Source: Auanema rhodensis
Taxonomy: Eukaryota > Animalia > Nematoda
Length of the DNA stretch: 64,000 nt
Assembly (NCBI GenBank): GCA_964057225.1
Contig: OZ059895.1
Coordinates: 16,182,001-16,246,000, forward strand
Reading direction: 5' to 3'
A program made the position numbers and the translations under genes. Within the stretch, counting starts at the first letter, position 1, and each line of letters starts with the position of its first letter. Positions 38,580-53,300 of the stretch are shown here, one piece after another. The notes beneath the pieces were generated by a model. The model ran no database searches. It had not been told where the DNA came from and was given only the letters and a program-made list of their open reading frames with translations.

Positions 38580-38772
38580 TTATGTTCACAATATAATCTA
38601 AAATTAAAGAAAAAAAGGAATATTCTCAAATTGAAGTCAGTCAGATAAAATAATGAATAGAACATGGTGTTAATGAGAAAGAAAAATTTCTATTATAATT
38701 CATAAAATAGGCATAACGCAATGCATATAATTAAGGAAAGAAACAAAGATCGATGGAAAGTTACAATTGGAA

Positions 38773-41000
38773 TTAGTTGCTCTCAACTTGCGTCAATTGC
38801 GAAACAAGATTATCAATACGTTGTTTGTCCTCTGATGCTTCATCACCCAAATTTGATTGATACTCAACGACAATCTGGAGAATCAAAAAGTTGGATCTCA
38901 GCAAAAGTTACGTGTTATGTGCTTACCGGTAGTAAAATCTTTGATACTTTGTCTGTTTTTAATTTCATTGAGAAAAGCTTTGAGGTCCTGTGACAAGCTG
39001 AAGGCATGTTAACACAAACATCTATTAGAACAAGAGCTACATTTTGCAATGTGTATAAGCCAGCGTCTAATCTATCCAAGTATTTCCTGATATTAGTTCA
39101 ATTAGCACTTGATGTGTCTTTTCAGAAATTACCTATCTACATCTTCGTCTTCAGAGGCGACAGCTGCATGCTTGTTTTCATACTTCCCTACCTTAGCTCT
39201 AAATCATATTTATATTATTTAATCAAGAAAATGTCATTAAAAACCTGTATTTTAAGAATAATTCAACAGCACGATCTACTTTCTCATGTTCATGCTCAGT
39301 AAATTTTGAAATAATTCTACTTCTAGCCTCTTCTTCGCAAGAACGAAGAAGGGATGCCATAATCTAAACAATTTCAGTTCTCATTTTTTGGCAATTTTAA
39401 TGAAGAAACTAACAGCGCAAACATGCTCTTCATGCTCATCAGGAGTTGTATCCTTCCGCTTAACTTGAGAAGGAGTACGCATGAATAATGGGAATAATGT
39501 TCTTAAACCTAGAGAAACAATTGTAAAATCTTCAATTATTCACATGTACATTACCTAGAATTTCTACAAACTTATTGCAATTATCTCTACCTTCGGGTCC
39601 AGTTGTAGCATGATCTAATACCTGTATAAAACCTGTTTAACTCAAGTTTTTGAAATAAGATAAAACCTTCAGCGCACTTTCACGACTTTGTTTTCTTTCT
39701 CTCAACATCAAATTCATGAGTTGGAGTCCTTCACCGTCTAAAAACTTTCCTCTGTTCTCAGCGAGCATTAAAGCCGAGCAAAGAGCATCAAATAGATTTT
39801 CCATATGCTCCCTCTCATCCAACGTTACTGGATCATGTCTTTTATAAGAAGCTAACGCCTATACATTACGCGAATATATAAAATTCAAATAAATATTTCA
39901 CTAACTCTTAAAAGCATATCGATTCCATCGACTTTCTCGGTCAATTTTTTTTTGGCTTCATCTGAAGTTTGAAGCAAGAGAGCGAGCATTTCACTTGCAT
40001 ACATCTTATTGGCATCGAATACTCCCTATAATTTTAGCTTATTATTGAAATCAAAGAAATTAAAAAAAACCTTTTGACAAGCTCTTTTCAATAACCAAGA
40101 AAAAAGACCTTGATTAACACACTCTTCAGCAGTTTGTGGTCGGAAATCGATCATCTATACGACATGAAACAGCATATTACTTTGAAAACAAAATTGGAAA
40201 TACATTTTCTACAACACTTAGAGCGTTGTGTATAGCATCGGCATCATCTTTGTTAATTTCATTCAATCTGTCGAAACTTGTTGTAAATGTTTCTATGATT
40301 CTTCCTTGAGCTAAGCTTTCTATCAATTCAGCAGCACCATCTTCGCCCTCATTCAAAATATCACCATCAGTTAACTCCTTGAAATTGACTTTGTTTTGGT
40401 CATTTTGTTAAAATTTTATTTTATTACCTGTAAAAGATTTACAGTAGAGCCAATAATATCACTATTTTCATGAGCTAATAGAGAAAGCATAACAGATGGC
40501 CCACCAGCTTCAACAAAACATCCATACAGATCAGGTTGAGTTGCAAGAGAATGCATTTCCTTATGAGTTCAAATAAACAACTAGTATTCCTAATCTAACA
40601 ACTTACTTGTACAGCATTATCTAATTCTATTTCTGATTCCATGAATTTTTTGGGATCATCAGCATTCTTGATACGCATTTCCCTGTTTCTCAAAGCTTTC
40701 TTCTCTAACTGAATATAAATTTTCATTTAAAATCTAATGAGCTAATAACAAACAGATGAAACGACTTTCTTCACATATGCTTCGTCAACAACAACACCTT
40801 GGGCAGTATCGTTCTCCAGAGCAGCTAGAATAGCTTCTGGATTCGAAAGAGCTGCATGTCTATATGCTGATTCGTCCACCTTAACCTTCTTTGAGGGAGG
40901 CTAGAGCAAAAATAATAATAAACATTCTAAGCAACTGAATTCGTACCTGATCATCATTCTTGGATGCTCTTAAAATTTCAGTGACATCAATGGATGCCAT
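38773..41000 (-). CDS. CTNNBL1: Beta-catenin-like protein 1 (Prp19/NTC-associated spliceosomal protein)
   Basis: NREMRIKNADDPKKFMESEIELD, LLAHENSDI, ANKMYASEML, EREHMENLFDALCSALM, FLDGEGLQLMNLMLRERK, YLDRLDAGLYTLQ. Confidence 0.93.
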
Positions 41001-41372
41001 TTTCCTTCAGACTTATAAACAAAGCTTTTACAGCCAGCTTTGAAATTCGAATTTGTATCAGTTTCTAATATTTTTCTACGTACGCACGCTAGACTGCGTA
41101 TTCCGCATGAGAAAATTTTGCATTTCCTTGGTTTAAGTTATAATCATTTTCTCTTTAAAATAATTCTTTTAACAGTACCGTAACCCTTAGGTTACTTTCA
41201 AGATTGCTTTAATGATTTCTGAGTAATTGATAGTGAATGAGTCAACTGTATACTTATGTCATTATCCTATAAATCAAATTAGCTTTTCCCCTATTGGTCT
41301 ATTGATTACTCGTACACCTGCGCTTCTGCTCTCGATATGGGCTTACATTAACATATTGCAGTATATTCGCAG

Positions 41373-44300
41373 ATGATAGCAGAAGAATCAGAAACTGTAG
41401 AAGGTCCTGCGACATCAGCTTTTGATAATCCACCTACTGAATCTCAAGGTGATCTTCAAGATCCAGAAAATAACGATGACAGTACACAAGAGGAGGTCGA
41501 TGAGAATTGTAAGTTCTATAATTGATATCTTTGAGAATTTTTGATTAAATTACAGTAATGTGCCGAGTATGTCGAAGTAGTGAAGGTAGTCTTTATTACC
41601 CTTGTCTCTGTACAGGAAGTATTAAATATGTTCATCAAGAATGTCTCACAGAATGGCTAAAGTATAGGTATAAGCTTAATGTTCCAGAATTTCCAATTGA
41701 ATACAACTCCTATTTTCAGTAAAAAAGAAGTTTGTGAATTATGTAATTATAAATATTCATTCCAAGCCATTTATCGACCTGATATGCCTAAGGCGTTACC
41801 GTTAAAAGATATTATCAGAGGTGTGATCTTCCCTAATTTATACTATACGAACTGTTAATTGCAGGTGTCGCTGTAAATGTCGCTCGTTTTCTAAAAACTT
41901 GGCTAGTTTATTCAATTGTAATTCTTGCTTGGTTTGGAGTCGTTCCATTAACAGCGGCTAGAATTTACAATGCTGTTTTTTATGCTTCAGTCTATGATTT
42001 TTTCTCAAAGCCGGGTAGTTTGTTACGAACGGATGCCATTTTTGGTGATATATTTAAGGTTGGTATTATTTAAAAGTGTTTGTTATCTTGGTAATTTCAT
42101 TTGTAGGGTGTTCTTTTGTTGTTCCTATTCGTTTGTATTTTCATTTCTCTTGTTTGGCTCCGTGAGCAAATCATTCATGGAGGACCACAAGATTTTCTTA
42201 ATATCCGTATGTTTTTGCTAAATGTATCAAATTATTGCTTTTATCATTTCAGCCCAAGATCCGGATGTACTAGAAGAACCTCTTCTAGCTAATAATAACA
42301 ATAATGATAATGCTAGAAGAAATAATGAAGCGAATGATATAGATCCGCCGTTTGATGTTGATGGGGTAGAGTTTCCAGAAGTAAACTTCGAAGAACAGGT
42401 ACTTTGTGACTTCTCTTGATTTCCGAATACAAGTAATATTTAGAATAATCCACTTAATCAGCAAAATGATGGTGATGCAAATGCATTCGATACAGGTAAT
42501 ATATACTTTGTTCCCTGGTCATTAATCTTTTTGTAATGTTTCAGATGAAGAGAATGATGCTCCCGATAATGTTGAAGTGGAACAGCCACAACAAGAAGAG
42601 AACTGGAGAGATTGGGACAGGTAATTTTAATGTTTTTTCTTAATTTGTTTTCTCAATATTTGAAGATTGGGCGATGAACTTACATGGCAAAGATTGCTAG
42701 GATTAGACGGTTCTTTTGTTTTTGTTGAGCATGTATTCTGGGTAATATCATTAAATACATTATTCACTGTCTTATTTGGTATGTTTAACTTCATATTTCT
42801 GTTGTTTCAAATATATTTCTTGAAGCCTATGCTCCTTATCGTATCGGTTATGCTGCTCTTTATTACTTTGGAGTTCAACAGCATATTCATTACTTTCCTT
42901 CGCTATTGGCAATTCTTTGTGGATATTTCTTAATAGCTTGCTCTCTATATATCCTTCATGGTGTTGCTGGTGTTTTGCGAATCAAAATGTGAGATTCCAC
43001 TTGATTTCAAAAAAGCTAAAACCCATTTCTTTAGGCTCTATCGAATTCTTGGCATTTCCTTTCTCATCTTGAAAGTTTTCCTGTTAGTTCTTGTCGAACT
43101 TGGGATGTTTCCTATAATCTGTGGATGCTGGATGGATCTATGCTCTTTAGTAAGTTCATTTTCCTACTTCTTCGAAGTAACAGTTAAATTTCCAGACCCT
43201 CTTCTCATCTACTTTATCATCTAGAATAATTACTTTCTCAGCTTCTCCCGTTTCCGCAGTTTTTATTCACTGGATGATTGGCATGGTTTGTTTTCTGAAA
43301 ACCGTATTGTATATTTATCTTATTTTCTAGATTTATGTTTTCTACTCAGCTTCATATGCTGTGCTTTTAAGAGAAATTCTTCGTCCAGGAGTTCTATGGT
43401 TCCTTCGAAATTTGAACGATCCAGAATTCAACCCCATACAGGAAATGATTGAACTTCCGGTGACAAGACATGTTCAAAGATTAATTTTATCCACGGTATG
43501 CTTGAAATTTTGAAATTCTTGAGTTTTTCTTTAATGTTTAAGAGTATTTTCTTTTCTACAATCTTTTTAATTGTGTACGTACCGCTTCGCTTAGTTCGCA
43601 AATTAGCCCCTGGTTGTCTACCATTCAATATGAGTGTTACTGCTGATACTCCTCTTAGCGAACTCTCATTGGAGCTTCTCATTCTTCAGGTATTCACTTT
43701 TATCTTCAAATTTCTTTCTAAATTGTCTTTTTAAGGTCATAATGCCTGCTTTGCTTGAGCAAAGTCAAGCTCGGGTAATCCTTAAGACTGCTGTTAAAGT
43801 TTGGTGTCAGATTGTTGGGCGAATTCTTGGTCTTGAACGGTAACAACATTTTGAAAGAATACTATTTTCAAAGTTTTTTCAGTTATCTTCTACCCGAGCA
43901 TGAACTTGCTGCTCCTGAGCCTGCTGTTGAACCTCAAAATGGTCCTTTGCCTGTAGGATTAGCTGCTGAACATCATGTAATTTTTTCTTGAAGTTGTTCT
44001 TGTTATCATTCCTTATTGTGTTTAGGCTTTGCTACTAATTCGAGAACCACAACCAAATAATGCTCAAATCTTCGTTAAGCCTTCTTGGTTCCCACTTCGC
44101 ATTGTTGCCCTTATATCAATGATGGCTTTGACTAGCGTGCTCATCAGTTCCATCTGTTTCTATTTACCGGGTAATAGTGATAATTCCTTTCTTAATTAAA
44201 CCTCTGCTCTTTTCAGTCACTATTGGAAGATTCTTGATGCATTCTTTAGCCGGCCTAAATAACGTTCATGATCTTTATACCGTAACCATTACATGAATTA

Positions 44301-45236
44301 TCGATAAAAATCTATATTTCAGGTTGGAAGTGGTTTATATATCTGCTGGTTAGCTGTGCGAATGATATACTTCTTGTATGAATGGTGCAACCAAGGAATT
44401 ACTCAGCTGAGACAAATTGTTTTGGGTTACACATTATTGGCAAGCTTAAGATACTCATGTAGCTGATGAATGTTTTGATATTTCAGGTATTCCGAGTGAT
44501 TGCTGTTTCATTACCAACATTGGTGATTATCCCCATGTTGATGGGAACCTATTTCCAACTTGTTCTTGTAACACCTGTTCGACTGGATCATAATCAAGTT
44601 TACTTCGATGTTATAACTTTTGCATAATTTCATTATTCAGACATCTTTGTATTTCCATTGGCAAGATTGGGCCATGGGCGTACTTCACCTAAAGATTGTC
44701 TGTGCTTTGGTCATGATGGGTCCTGATTGGTGGCTCAAAATGTCCTTCGAACAGGTAGATGAGCATATCATGCTAGAAAACTATATATCTTCCTTTCAGA
44801 TTTATCAGGATGGCTTCCATAATCTTAATGCTACTCGTATATTAGTTGCAGTAATTCTCCCGGTGGTTTTAACCCTCGGTTCTTTAATTTCCACACCATA
44901 TCTTCTGGCAAGAATGTATATTTATTTGACTGGTAAACAGCTGCGTAAACTTCATACCTTAATTGAAAAACATGTTTAGGAGCTGATCTCATGCAAGCTG
45001 TTCTTATTTACCGGATTAGCTATCCTTGCAGTTTGATTTTGCTCATAGCTTGTGCGTTCTTCCGGTGGCAATATTTAAAGTTCAAGGGATTGGCCGAACT
45101 TATTAGAAATGAAAAGTACATAAATCAGAAATATTTAATTAATATTCAAAATAATTTCAGATACTTGGTAGGAACTCAACTAGTCAACTATGAACGTGAA
45201 GCTAATGCGGCTAACATCAGTACATCCGAAAAATAG
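41373..45236 (+). CDS. marc-6: RING-CH membrane E3 ligase MARCHF6/Doa10 ortholog
   Basis: [31 protein letters not shown]; [10 protein letters not shown]; [23 protein letters not shown]; WQDWAMG; [14 protein letters not shown]. Confidence 0.95.
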
Positions 45237-45282
45237 AAACTTTACGAAATTTGTATAAACTTTTCTATATAAATCAGTTCTT

Positions 45283-46415
45283 TCATAAAAATGTTGGAAA
45301 TATGGTATTGTAAGGAGGTAATAGATTATGGTGGAAGAGCGATATTTTCCCCCATACTGGCTTAGGCAAATACTCTACTCTATGAGTTGGTTTATCAGCT
45401 TTAACTTCCACTTCATGTGGATCCATTACCCGTGTTTCTTGGTGATATGAGTCTTCTTCTGAAAATTCACATAAGAATCGAGCCTGGTTTCATCTATCTA
45501 CCTATGTACAGATGATCTCCTGGCATTACGTTCGTCAATTTAGTTTTATCAGACCATTTTATCGTTTGTGGACATATGACTGCTTTAGGATCTCCTATTG
45601 GTTTAATTGATTTCATAGATTTCTAAATGTTGTTATCAAATTCTTGAATTCATATTGGACAGTCAGTAGCATCCTACATACCAATTTACTCAATTCATAT
45701 AATTGCGGTGGAGGTAATATAACTTCTCCATCGAAAGCTTTTTTCAAAAATGTATCCGGAGTATTCCAACTGTGATCGGTCATTTCCTGCTCACACATTC
45801 GAATTTCAGGCTCTCCTGAAGTTTCTACAGTTAGATATTTCTGAAATGACTGCGATTGCCATCAATGGGAAGAATGAAGAAATCAGTTAGATATCTCCTA
45901 GGAATTGAAGTAGGAGTAAGCCAACAGCTCCACTGAGTCAGCTTGTTAGTGGCCCCTTCAGAGAAAATCTGAACAAAGATATATTCATAAGGATAACTGC
46001 ATGAAAGCAGAAACATTTTTAAATAGACTGGCATCTTTCTTAATGGCTTCTTGTAAATGTGATAACTCTTTGTTATTTACTGCGGATTCAACACCACTGG
46101 ATGTAATCAACAATCCGGTTTCCTCAAACACTTCCTGAAATTTAAACACAACGTTTAGCATAACCAAAGACTGGATTATACTCTAAGAGCTGCAACAGGA
46201 AGCGGATCCCCAATTTTTTCATCTGAAGAAGTAACAACGCCGCCAGGAAAAACTAAAGCGTTTGGCATGAATTTCGCAGTAGACCCTCGCCTCATCATAA
46301 GAACCCGTCGTGTTGTTTTACTTACTATAAATTTTGAAAAAAAATTGATGGCAAAATCTCAAGACACTTGTTTACTTATGATAATAGAAGCAGCGTTTTT
46401 CCATGGTGCTGCCAT
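45283..46415 (-). CDS. NUDT19: Nudix hydrolase, NUDT19-like acyl-CoA diphosphatase
   Basis: WKNAASII, RRGSTAKFMPNALVFPGG, AALREVFEETG Nudix box, WSCWLTP, LPPPQLYELSKL, MPGDHLY. Confidence 0.85.
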
Positions 46416-46704
46416 CTGAAAATGAGCAAATATGCGCAGCTGCTATTAAAAGAAATAATAAACTGAAGTACGAATTGAAAAAACCAAAAATTAACTGAAA
46501 AAATAAGGAAAATGGAAGATAAATTACAGTTTATTATAAGAATAAATTATGCAAAACCATATTAAGTATGAAAAAAAGAAAACCTGTCTTGTATTCATAA
46601 GCAGTTAATATCACCCTAAAACATATCACAAAAGCTGTATCCAATAGTTCGGATAATAAGTACATACGAATTGAAATTTACAAGAAAGAGAGCGGAAAAG
46701 TTGA

Positions 46705-49212
46705 TTATGCCGTTACATCAAAAAGACGATCAATAGTTATTTTAAAAGATTCTTCAGAGTATTTCATTTGTTTTTCAAAACCTCTTGTACGCTCCATGAG
46801 ATCTACAAATGGCGGAACAAGGATTCTTTTAACTTTTTCTCGAACATCTGATGCTAGTTTGGCATCTGTTATACAATACGTACGTTGAACGGAACATACG
46901 AGATCAAATTCTCGAATGAAATTCTGAATTAAAACAGTTTGAAGTCAAGTAATTAAGAAAATAAGCCCACATATAGCATATTTCGAAGACTGTTCTTATC
47001 ATCCCCAATTTTTTCAAGGCCGAAAACATGCGATAACGTAGGGTTCCAGCTAAACAAGCAACGTTATTACGATTTTTAGAGAAAAAAAAACCTTGTCATG
47101 TATTGCTCAATACACTTATCAATCTCTGCTTCATAGAACGATAGGATTTGTGTGTTCTGTTCATTGATAACTGGTAATAAAGCAGCTTCCTCGTCGGCTA
47201 ATGTCTAAACATGAATTCAGATGATGGATGAATATGACAAAAACGGAAATTAATTACTTTGGCTATGTAATGATAATTGTTCAATAAAAACAATTTAGAT
47301 AGAGTAGTATCATCATAGTTTTCGGCTTTTCGTTTAAGGGACGTTCCCAAAGCAGATAATATACGGGCTGAAAGTAGATCTTATGAAGCATGGAGCAGAA
47401 TTTGAAGCAGCATACCAAAAAGTTTGGGAAGAAGAAGAGCAGGGTTATCACCCGGAGGAGCTGTCATGGTTAGAAGTTGTTGAGTAACAGTGTGGCGATG
47501 TAAAGTTAAAGTTACAAGGAAATTTAAAGTCTAAACATGATGTATATGAAGAATTTTATATGAACAATGGTTCAACTCACATTAGCAGTTATAGGGTGTA
47601 CGTTACCATCCAAAGGAACAAACTTGTTTACATCATTTCGAAGTCCTTCAACAAACTCATTGATGTAAGCCGAAGAGTTAGTTCTAATTAATCGAACTAA
47701 TTGTTCAAAAGGAATATCTTCCATGCTATTCTGAAAGTTTAAAACATAAAATAAAATAGAGGAAATTAAGACAAACGTTAGACAAATTGGAAAGACGCAT
47801 TTGATGAGCAGCCAAAAATCGAAGAAGAGGTAGCAACGGTATTACTCCGCTGTCACTGTCTTGAACCACTCGAAGTACATGACGAACAACATACGATAAA
47901 GGTTTTGATACAACTTCTCGGAAAATCTGAAAATACAGTTGCGATGAGAAGATGTTGTGAAAACTAACTTGTGCTCGTTTTGAAGTATCAGGTATAGCTT
48001 TTTGCATAATGCCTTCTTCAACTTCCAATAAAGCCAAAAGACATCCAAATAGAACAAGAGCTCCTTCCTCAGCTGCACCACAAAGTTCCTCCTTCTTATC
48101 AATTCGTTCACTTTTTGTACTTTTCTTCAAAGCACTAAACAATTACACAATAAATAAAAAAATAAATAAACATTTCAAACTTTTTAAGAGCTGCTGAACG
48201 AGTCTGTAATCGAGCTGTTAAAGCTGAATGATGCTGAGCTACAGAAGCAATAGATTTTAACATGTTATCAGATCTAAAACAGAATTACTTACATACAGTT
48301 CAAGTAAATAACATCAAAATAAATTTACCTTATTTCAGAATAATTCTGTAAAAATTTGAAGCGACCGCGTTCTAATAGCCATGCACCAAGCTTGCAAATA
48401 TCATCCAAATCTCGGATCGTGTTAATATCTTTCGCTTTGCTACCCATGAGCTCTACACAAATAGATAAATTTCCAATTAAATAAAAAGATAAATACAAAC
48501 CATATTGGTCATCTAAGCACACAATTATAATAGCAGGATCAGCTGGTGTTGTATTCCTTTGCAACAGAGCTTTGTACTGATTTTCGAGTATTATGTAGCC
48601 CGATTCTATCGTCATTTTCTTTAAAAATAAGAACAAATACAAACAAATTCAAATACAATAAACAACAAACCATATTTTCTGTCTTATTCTGATAATTTGG
48701 ATTAGATTCAAAGAATTGAACAGCTTGACCCAAGCTATCCATGTTTTCCAAATATGACGTCAAGCTGTGCATAGGATTCGCATCCCTGAATATGAATATA
48801 TAGATAATTAATAATTCAGAAAAAGGTAATACCTGATTGTAGATTCCAATTCATGAGTTCTGCCATAGAATTGAATTGTAGCATCAATGGTATTGACTAG
48901 TCTTTGAATATCTAAAGCAATGTTATATTACACAACGCTACGAGAGAAAAGAACAACTGTGTTGCTTGAGCTGCAGCTTCCCATTAACTTCGTGCATTGG
49001 CAGGACGTTCTCCTCTAAGCTTGTTAATCTTCGTTGGAAGTTATCAATAATATCTTCAATGCCATTTTTGATTTGATCACTTTTACTAACATTTGATTGG
49101 AAACTTCTTAGCCATTCTTCCTCCTTAAGAATAAAAACTCAAAATGATAATGTTGAAAGAGTCCTACCTGTTGGAGCTTTTTGTTAATTCCTTCTATATT
49201 AGCGTCCGTCAT
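46705..49212 (-). CDS. exoc-7: Exocyst complex component 7 (Exo70)
   Basis: IIDNFQRRLTSLEENVLPMH, VPLDGNVHPITANTLNFL, SKLFLLNNYHYI, C-terminal IDRLFDVTA. Confidence 0.9.
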
Positions 49213-50376
49213 GTTAAAACCAAAATATTCATAGTTTACTCAGCATATATAGGCAGTCAGAGCAGCAACAAATAAGGTAAATTCGTACGCAAAATTTCGT
49301 AGTTATACCGTTCTCGAAAATATAATTACAGTAACTTCTGACCAAAAAAGGGTAAGTTTAAGTAATAAAATTAGAATTAAATTATACAGTATACTATTGT
49401 TGAATAATAACTTATAAAGCATTTAGTTAAAATGAAAGAAAGAATAGCAAAAAGAATAAATTTTTACTGCCGTAACTGACTTTTAGCATGAAAGGCTGTA
49501 GGAGATGGAATAAAACAAATACATTCTTCAGTAACCAATTATAAACAAAAATAATCGAAATTTTGAATTATTGATAACATAGTGATAAAAACATTTATGA
49601 GTGAATCATGACTAATCACTTCACCATGTGTGCGTCCGTTTTTGTGACACACCTACTCGTATTATATTAAATTTAGTCTTAAAACAATATATAAACTTAT
49701 AAACTTTTATTAAAATATTTGTTCTTTCATCTATTTGATTTTCCAAAATATGTTCATTTGTTTTTGAAATTATTCATTTTATATTAGAATGAATGAATAA
49801 TTATCAAAATACATTCTACTTGTGTATTCAAGTTAAGAAAATACATGTCATGCAGTAGAAGCTTATCTAAGATTCTTTTAGTTTTCCTTCTTAGATATAA
49901 CATTATTATTTATCAGTTGTTTCAAGGTTATAATAAGCTGTTGATCAATGTATACATTTACAAAACTTTCTTTATTTCTCAGAATAATGCTTCAAATTCT
50001 TTAACTTCATCAATTTTGAAGCTATATTAGGTTACTTCCCAGTAGTGCATTTTCATGATGACGTCATGACGTCATTGATAATTTACTTTATTTTCCATAT
50101 TTATATAATTAAACGAATTTGTTTTACCAATAAACTTTATTTAAATAAAAATCTGAAACGTTTGGATATGATATTTATAATAATACCAAGTAAAGCTATA
50201 AAGTCGAAATGTTAAAATTCCGTTTAAACATACGATTTGAGATATTATATTGTAATTGTACATACAATTTATACAGAGAAAAGGCTAGTGAGCACCGTAA
50301 AACTGAAGTCTGATGATCAAATGACCCGATTTGAAAGAGATTATTTCGATTAAAAAATTAAACAAAAAAGAAATTT

Positions 50377-53300
50377 TTAAACAAAAAGATGAGGAGCTCT
50401 ATATGATATCACAAGAGTGCATAGAAGTAAGAAGAAAGAAAAAGTGAAGAAACAAACACGATCAATAACCATGGCAGCAAACATCCAATCAGCTCGATGA
50501 GCATGCAAGAGTTCCTATAAGTTTTTAATTTAAAAATTGTTGAAACATTGTCCAAATTATGAAACCTCTTTGCGCACTCGTGCTGAAATAATTCGAAGTT
50601 CTTCAATAATGCCGGTATATTGCTTTTCATCGATGGATAACTTTTGAGTATTTGAATTAACAAGCGGAAGATGAGGTAGCTTAACATCGTCATGTCTCTG
50701 AAATTCATTTTAAAGCTTGTAATGAACTACGGTAACTCGAGCTTACATTAGTAGTAGACGTTGAATACTTATATGGCTCAGTAATATTAGCTAGATTAAC
50801 AGATAAATTATTATTACTATTATTTGAATTTGTATTTCCGTTATAGTTAATGCTGTTATGATGTGCTAAGGTTGTTGTAGGCAATGAAGCAGATTTTGGA
50901 TTATTCAACAACGGTAATGAGAATGTTCCACGTTCAGGATTCTTTTTGCGAACTTCTATTCTTCCGCCTGAATTCCAAAATTTCAATAATCATTCCATAA
51001 CTCCTTCTTACCGTGACAGAAGTCAAGATGAACATCTTTAGCTTTACGATCTCCACTAACCATTGAAGCTGACTTCATACCACGCTTCGCTGACATCGCT
51101 TTGTTCTTGATGTCAACTATGAAATTTTTCGATTTTCTACAAAAATTGAGAAATTACTTAGATCTTTGTAATGAAATTATAAATTACGCTTTTTCTTTCA
51201 TATCATATATTCCATTTTCACACGATAAAGTGAACTGACGAGGACGATCCATGTATAACAAGGGCGGTAACCAATGAAGCAGAACTCTTCGAACCTGAAA
51301 CATTCAGCATATTCTGGAATCAGCTGATTTCTATTCAAAACATACAAATGGCGTCATAGGACGATAACTTTCCGGTGTCCTATGATGATAGTTGAGCACG
51401 AAAACGGAACAGATAACACTGGCACCAACTTCAAACATGATGCAAGAGAAGTATACTTCTTAAATATTTCAAGTTTTTCTTGAGATTTCTAAGCTTGATA
51501 TTACCGATTAAGGGTAAAGCATCACTAGTTTGAGGCATTGATTCAGCAACCATTAACATGAAAACGCAAAGTGACATAAAGATAGTTACACCTAAATTAA
51601 ACAAAAGCCAATTTGTGACAAAGTTCTAAAAGAAATTACATAAATTTAATTTTTCTCCTGATTCAACAGGTAGTGTAAAGCCTAGCAGAGCCAAACATGA
51701 AATGAGCAAACTCGGCAAAATGAGATTAAATCTATAAGTTTTGAGGAAAAACAGTGAATGAATTCAAATAACGTCTTCAATTACCCATAATAGAGAGTAC
51801 GTCGTCGAATTGAAATAGTAAAAGTGATGTCATAATATGGTTCTGGGCAACATTCATAATAGAAAATTGATCGTTTCGAGGTGAGACCTGAAGACGAGTT
51901 GACAGAATAAGGTACTTGATAGATTGTTTAGTTAAAACCTAAAAATTCCCATTCTCCGTTTGGCTGATATGTGCCATAGGATACGGTAGAATTTCGTAAA
52001 TCTGTGAAAAATCCGGAATATGTCCAAGAACCAAATTTCATGGTACAATGCTGAAATTTGAAATTTTTTATGTTTAATGTTATTTTTTATTTTATTACTT
52101 GAGTATCAAATGGGAAGTAAGCAACATCAATCCGACAACTGGATCGAATAACTGCAGGCGGAATCCATGTAACATTGCCTGTGCTGCAAACAACGATTTC
52201 TTTTTGAGAGCTAGAGAGAGGGAAAAGGTTAGAGTAAGAGAGAGAGAGAGAGAGAGAAAGAGAAAATTTTTAAGCTCGAAAAAATAATTAATGAACATAC
52301 TGATAAACTACAGCATTAACCGGCCAAGTTGAATCAAATTGCTGATCTACGGAATTATACAGTAAGACATCCGGCTTCCAAATAGTTTTAATCGGAAGAC
52401 GTACTTCACGAATATTGCCATATTCTGATGGATCCCACGCTAGATAATGATCGACCCAACTCTAAAACATCAGACTTTTCGTCAAACTTTGCAAATTTCA
52501 TTCATTTTTCAATAATAAAATATTAAAAAATTAGAATTATGTAAATTCTTGTAATAGTATATTCTTAAGAGAAATTGTCTTTTTCCGACTAAAAGGTCAA
52601 AATTTCATGCATTTTAGTTAATATAAACAGAAGACTTTAACAAACAAACCATTCTAAGCCACACATTTGAATGCATTATCTGCTGTTTCTCATCCTAAAT
52701 TTTAAACATTTCTTCTTAACGATGTATCATAACTTCTACTAACTATATCAAGAATTTGCTGATAATCTAAGCCTAAGTATACTAGAACTGGCTCAGATTC
52801 ATTACGAACAGGACGAGCCAGCTTGTTGTAGCCATCCAGTAGCTTGGAGTATAGACGTCGTTCATGATCACCAGCCCAAACTTCTAGAATATGTATATGT
52901 GAAAATGGAGAACTTGTAGTGAAATCGAAGGGAATTTCATCTTTTTAGCATTTCTATTTGATTGTCTTTTGGTTTGCAGCACAAAAAATTGAGATTTTGA
53001 CACCACCCCCCAGATGATAAGTCAAGATTGGTTGAAGAAGCTCGACAAGCTTTAACATGATGTTGATGCTCGATAATGATGTATACCTTTAGATTGAACA
53101 ACATTGTTGTGTAGACAATGAAATAAAATGAATATTTGAACTAAAATCATCTAAAAGAGTTGTGATTGAATTCAAATATTAATAATACAAGACACAAACT
53201 ATACGCGAAAATAGCCAATTGGTAAAAGAAAATTTAATCGAAATGAGAAGGAGGAGAAGAAGGAGAAGGAGGAAGCCTTTAATTCAGTTTTTTTGAGCAG

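Noticed and set aside
53003-53058. Possible proximal alternative first exon of the nAChR gene ([17 protein letters not shown])
   Set aside because: Weak donor and poor signal peptide; the 57892-57952 exon has a TTTTCAG acceptor and GTATGT donor
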